A stretch of 64,000 nucleotides of DNA from Rhodospirillaceae bacterium (GTDB lineage Bacteria > Pseudomonadota > Gammaproteobacteria > Steroidobacterales > Rariloculaceae): NCBI GenBank assembly GCA_002718345.1, contig PBDA01000031.1:17260-81259 (forward strand), read 5' to 3'. A program made the position numbers and the translations under genes. The stretch's first letter is position 1, and the number at the start of each line of letters is the position of its first letter. Below are positions 63,934-64,000 of this stretch, in pieces. A model generated the notes under the pieces. That model did no database searches and was not told the origin of the DNA. It saw nothing but the letters and a program-made list of their open reading frames with translations.

Positions 63934-64000
63934 CTATTCTTCAATACCGCTATCTTCCTCGGGCAAATCGCTCTCGGTTAGCTCAGGTTCTACTTCATCT
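63934..64000 (-). CDS. 3' end of an unidentified gene (acidic C-terminal tail)
   Basis: My own translation of the minus strand gives ...DEVEPELTESDLPEEDSGIEE followed by TAG at 63936..63934. Only 21 codons are visible, so the product cannot be called. Confidence 0.3.
   Translation of the reverse strand, partial: DEVEPELTESDLPEEDSGIEE

Overview
The window is a densely coded, moderately AT-rich chromosomal segment from a Gram-negative bacterium. Gene content (NAD-linked Fds formate dehydrogenase, TorF-porin/glnK/amtB, TonB-dependent B12 uptake) suggests a marine gammaproteobacterium, but that attribution is inference. I found no rRNA, tRNA, CRISPR array, transposase or integrase. Most of the window is housekeeping or metabolic: fdsGBAD followed by an LldD-like gene, a complete mevalonate pathway with a squalene-synthase-like gene and ispA, an acyl-CoA ligase, and a fused indolepyruvate:ferredoxin oxidoreductase. 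It also holds a cobalamin-riboswitch-controlled btuFCD-btuB string that continues into a CDF exporter and a ModF-like ATPase, plus a sigma-54/NtrC-type promoter driving porin-glnK-amtB. The remaining ordinary genes are purT, mscS, proBA, ilvH/ilvI, bioA/bioFD and a phosphomannomutase. Two regions stand out. The first (54.4-63.8 kb, minus strand) is a tightly coupled operon of eight complete genes, ending in an intrinsic terminator. It encodes a MotA/ExbB-type proton channel, two paralogous TolR/ExbD-like anchors fused to coiled-coil and vWA domains, and a degenerate Hsp70/actin-like protein with an FHA-like domain. It also encodes an FHA-TM-5xPEGA-FGE-like protein, a TM/TPR protein, a tiny Pro-rich secreted protein and a Gly-zipper/OmpA protein. 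I cannot assign it to any characterised system, and it is my best candidate for an undescribed envelope-spanning, PMF-coupled machine. The second (35.9-40.8 kb) is a radical-SAM/Cys-rich-tail gene cluster with two transferases, a TVP38/DedA protein, an FAD disulfide reductase and a divergent ferredoxin. All functional calls come from reading the translated ORFs for motifs; no database search was run.
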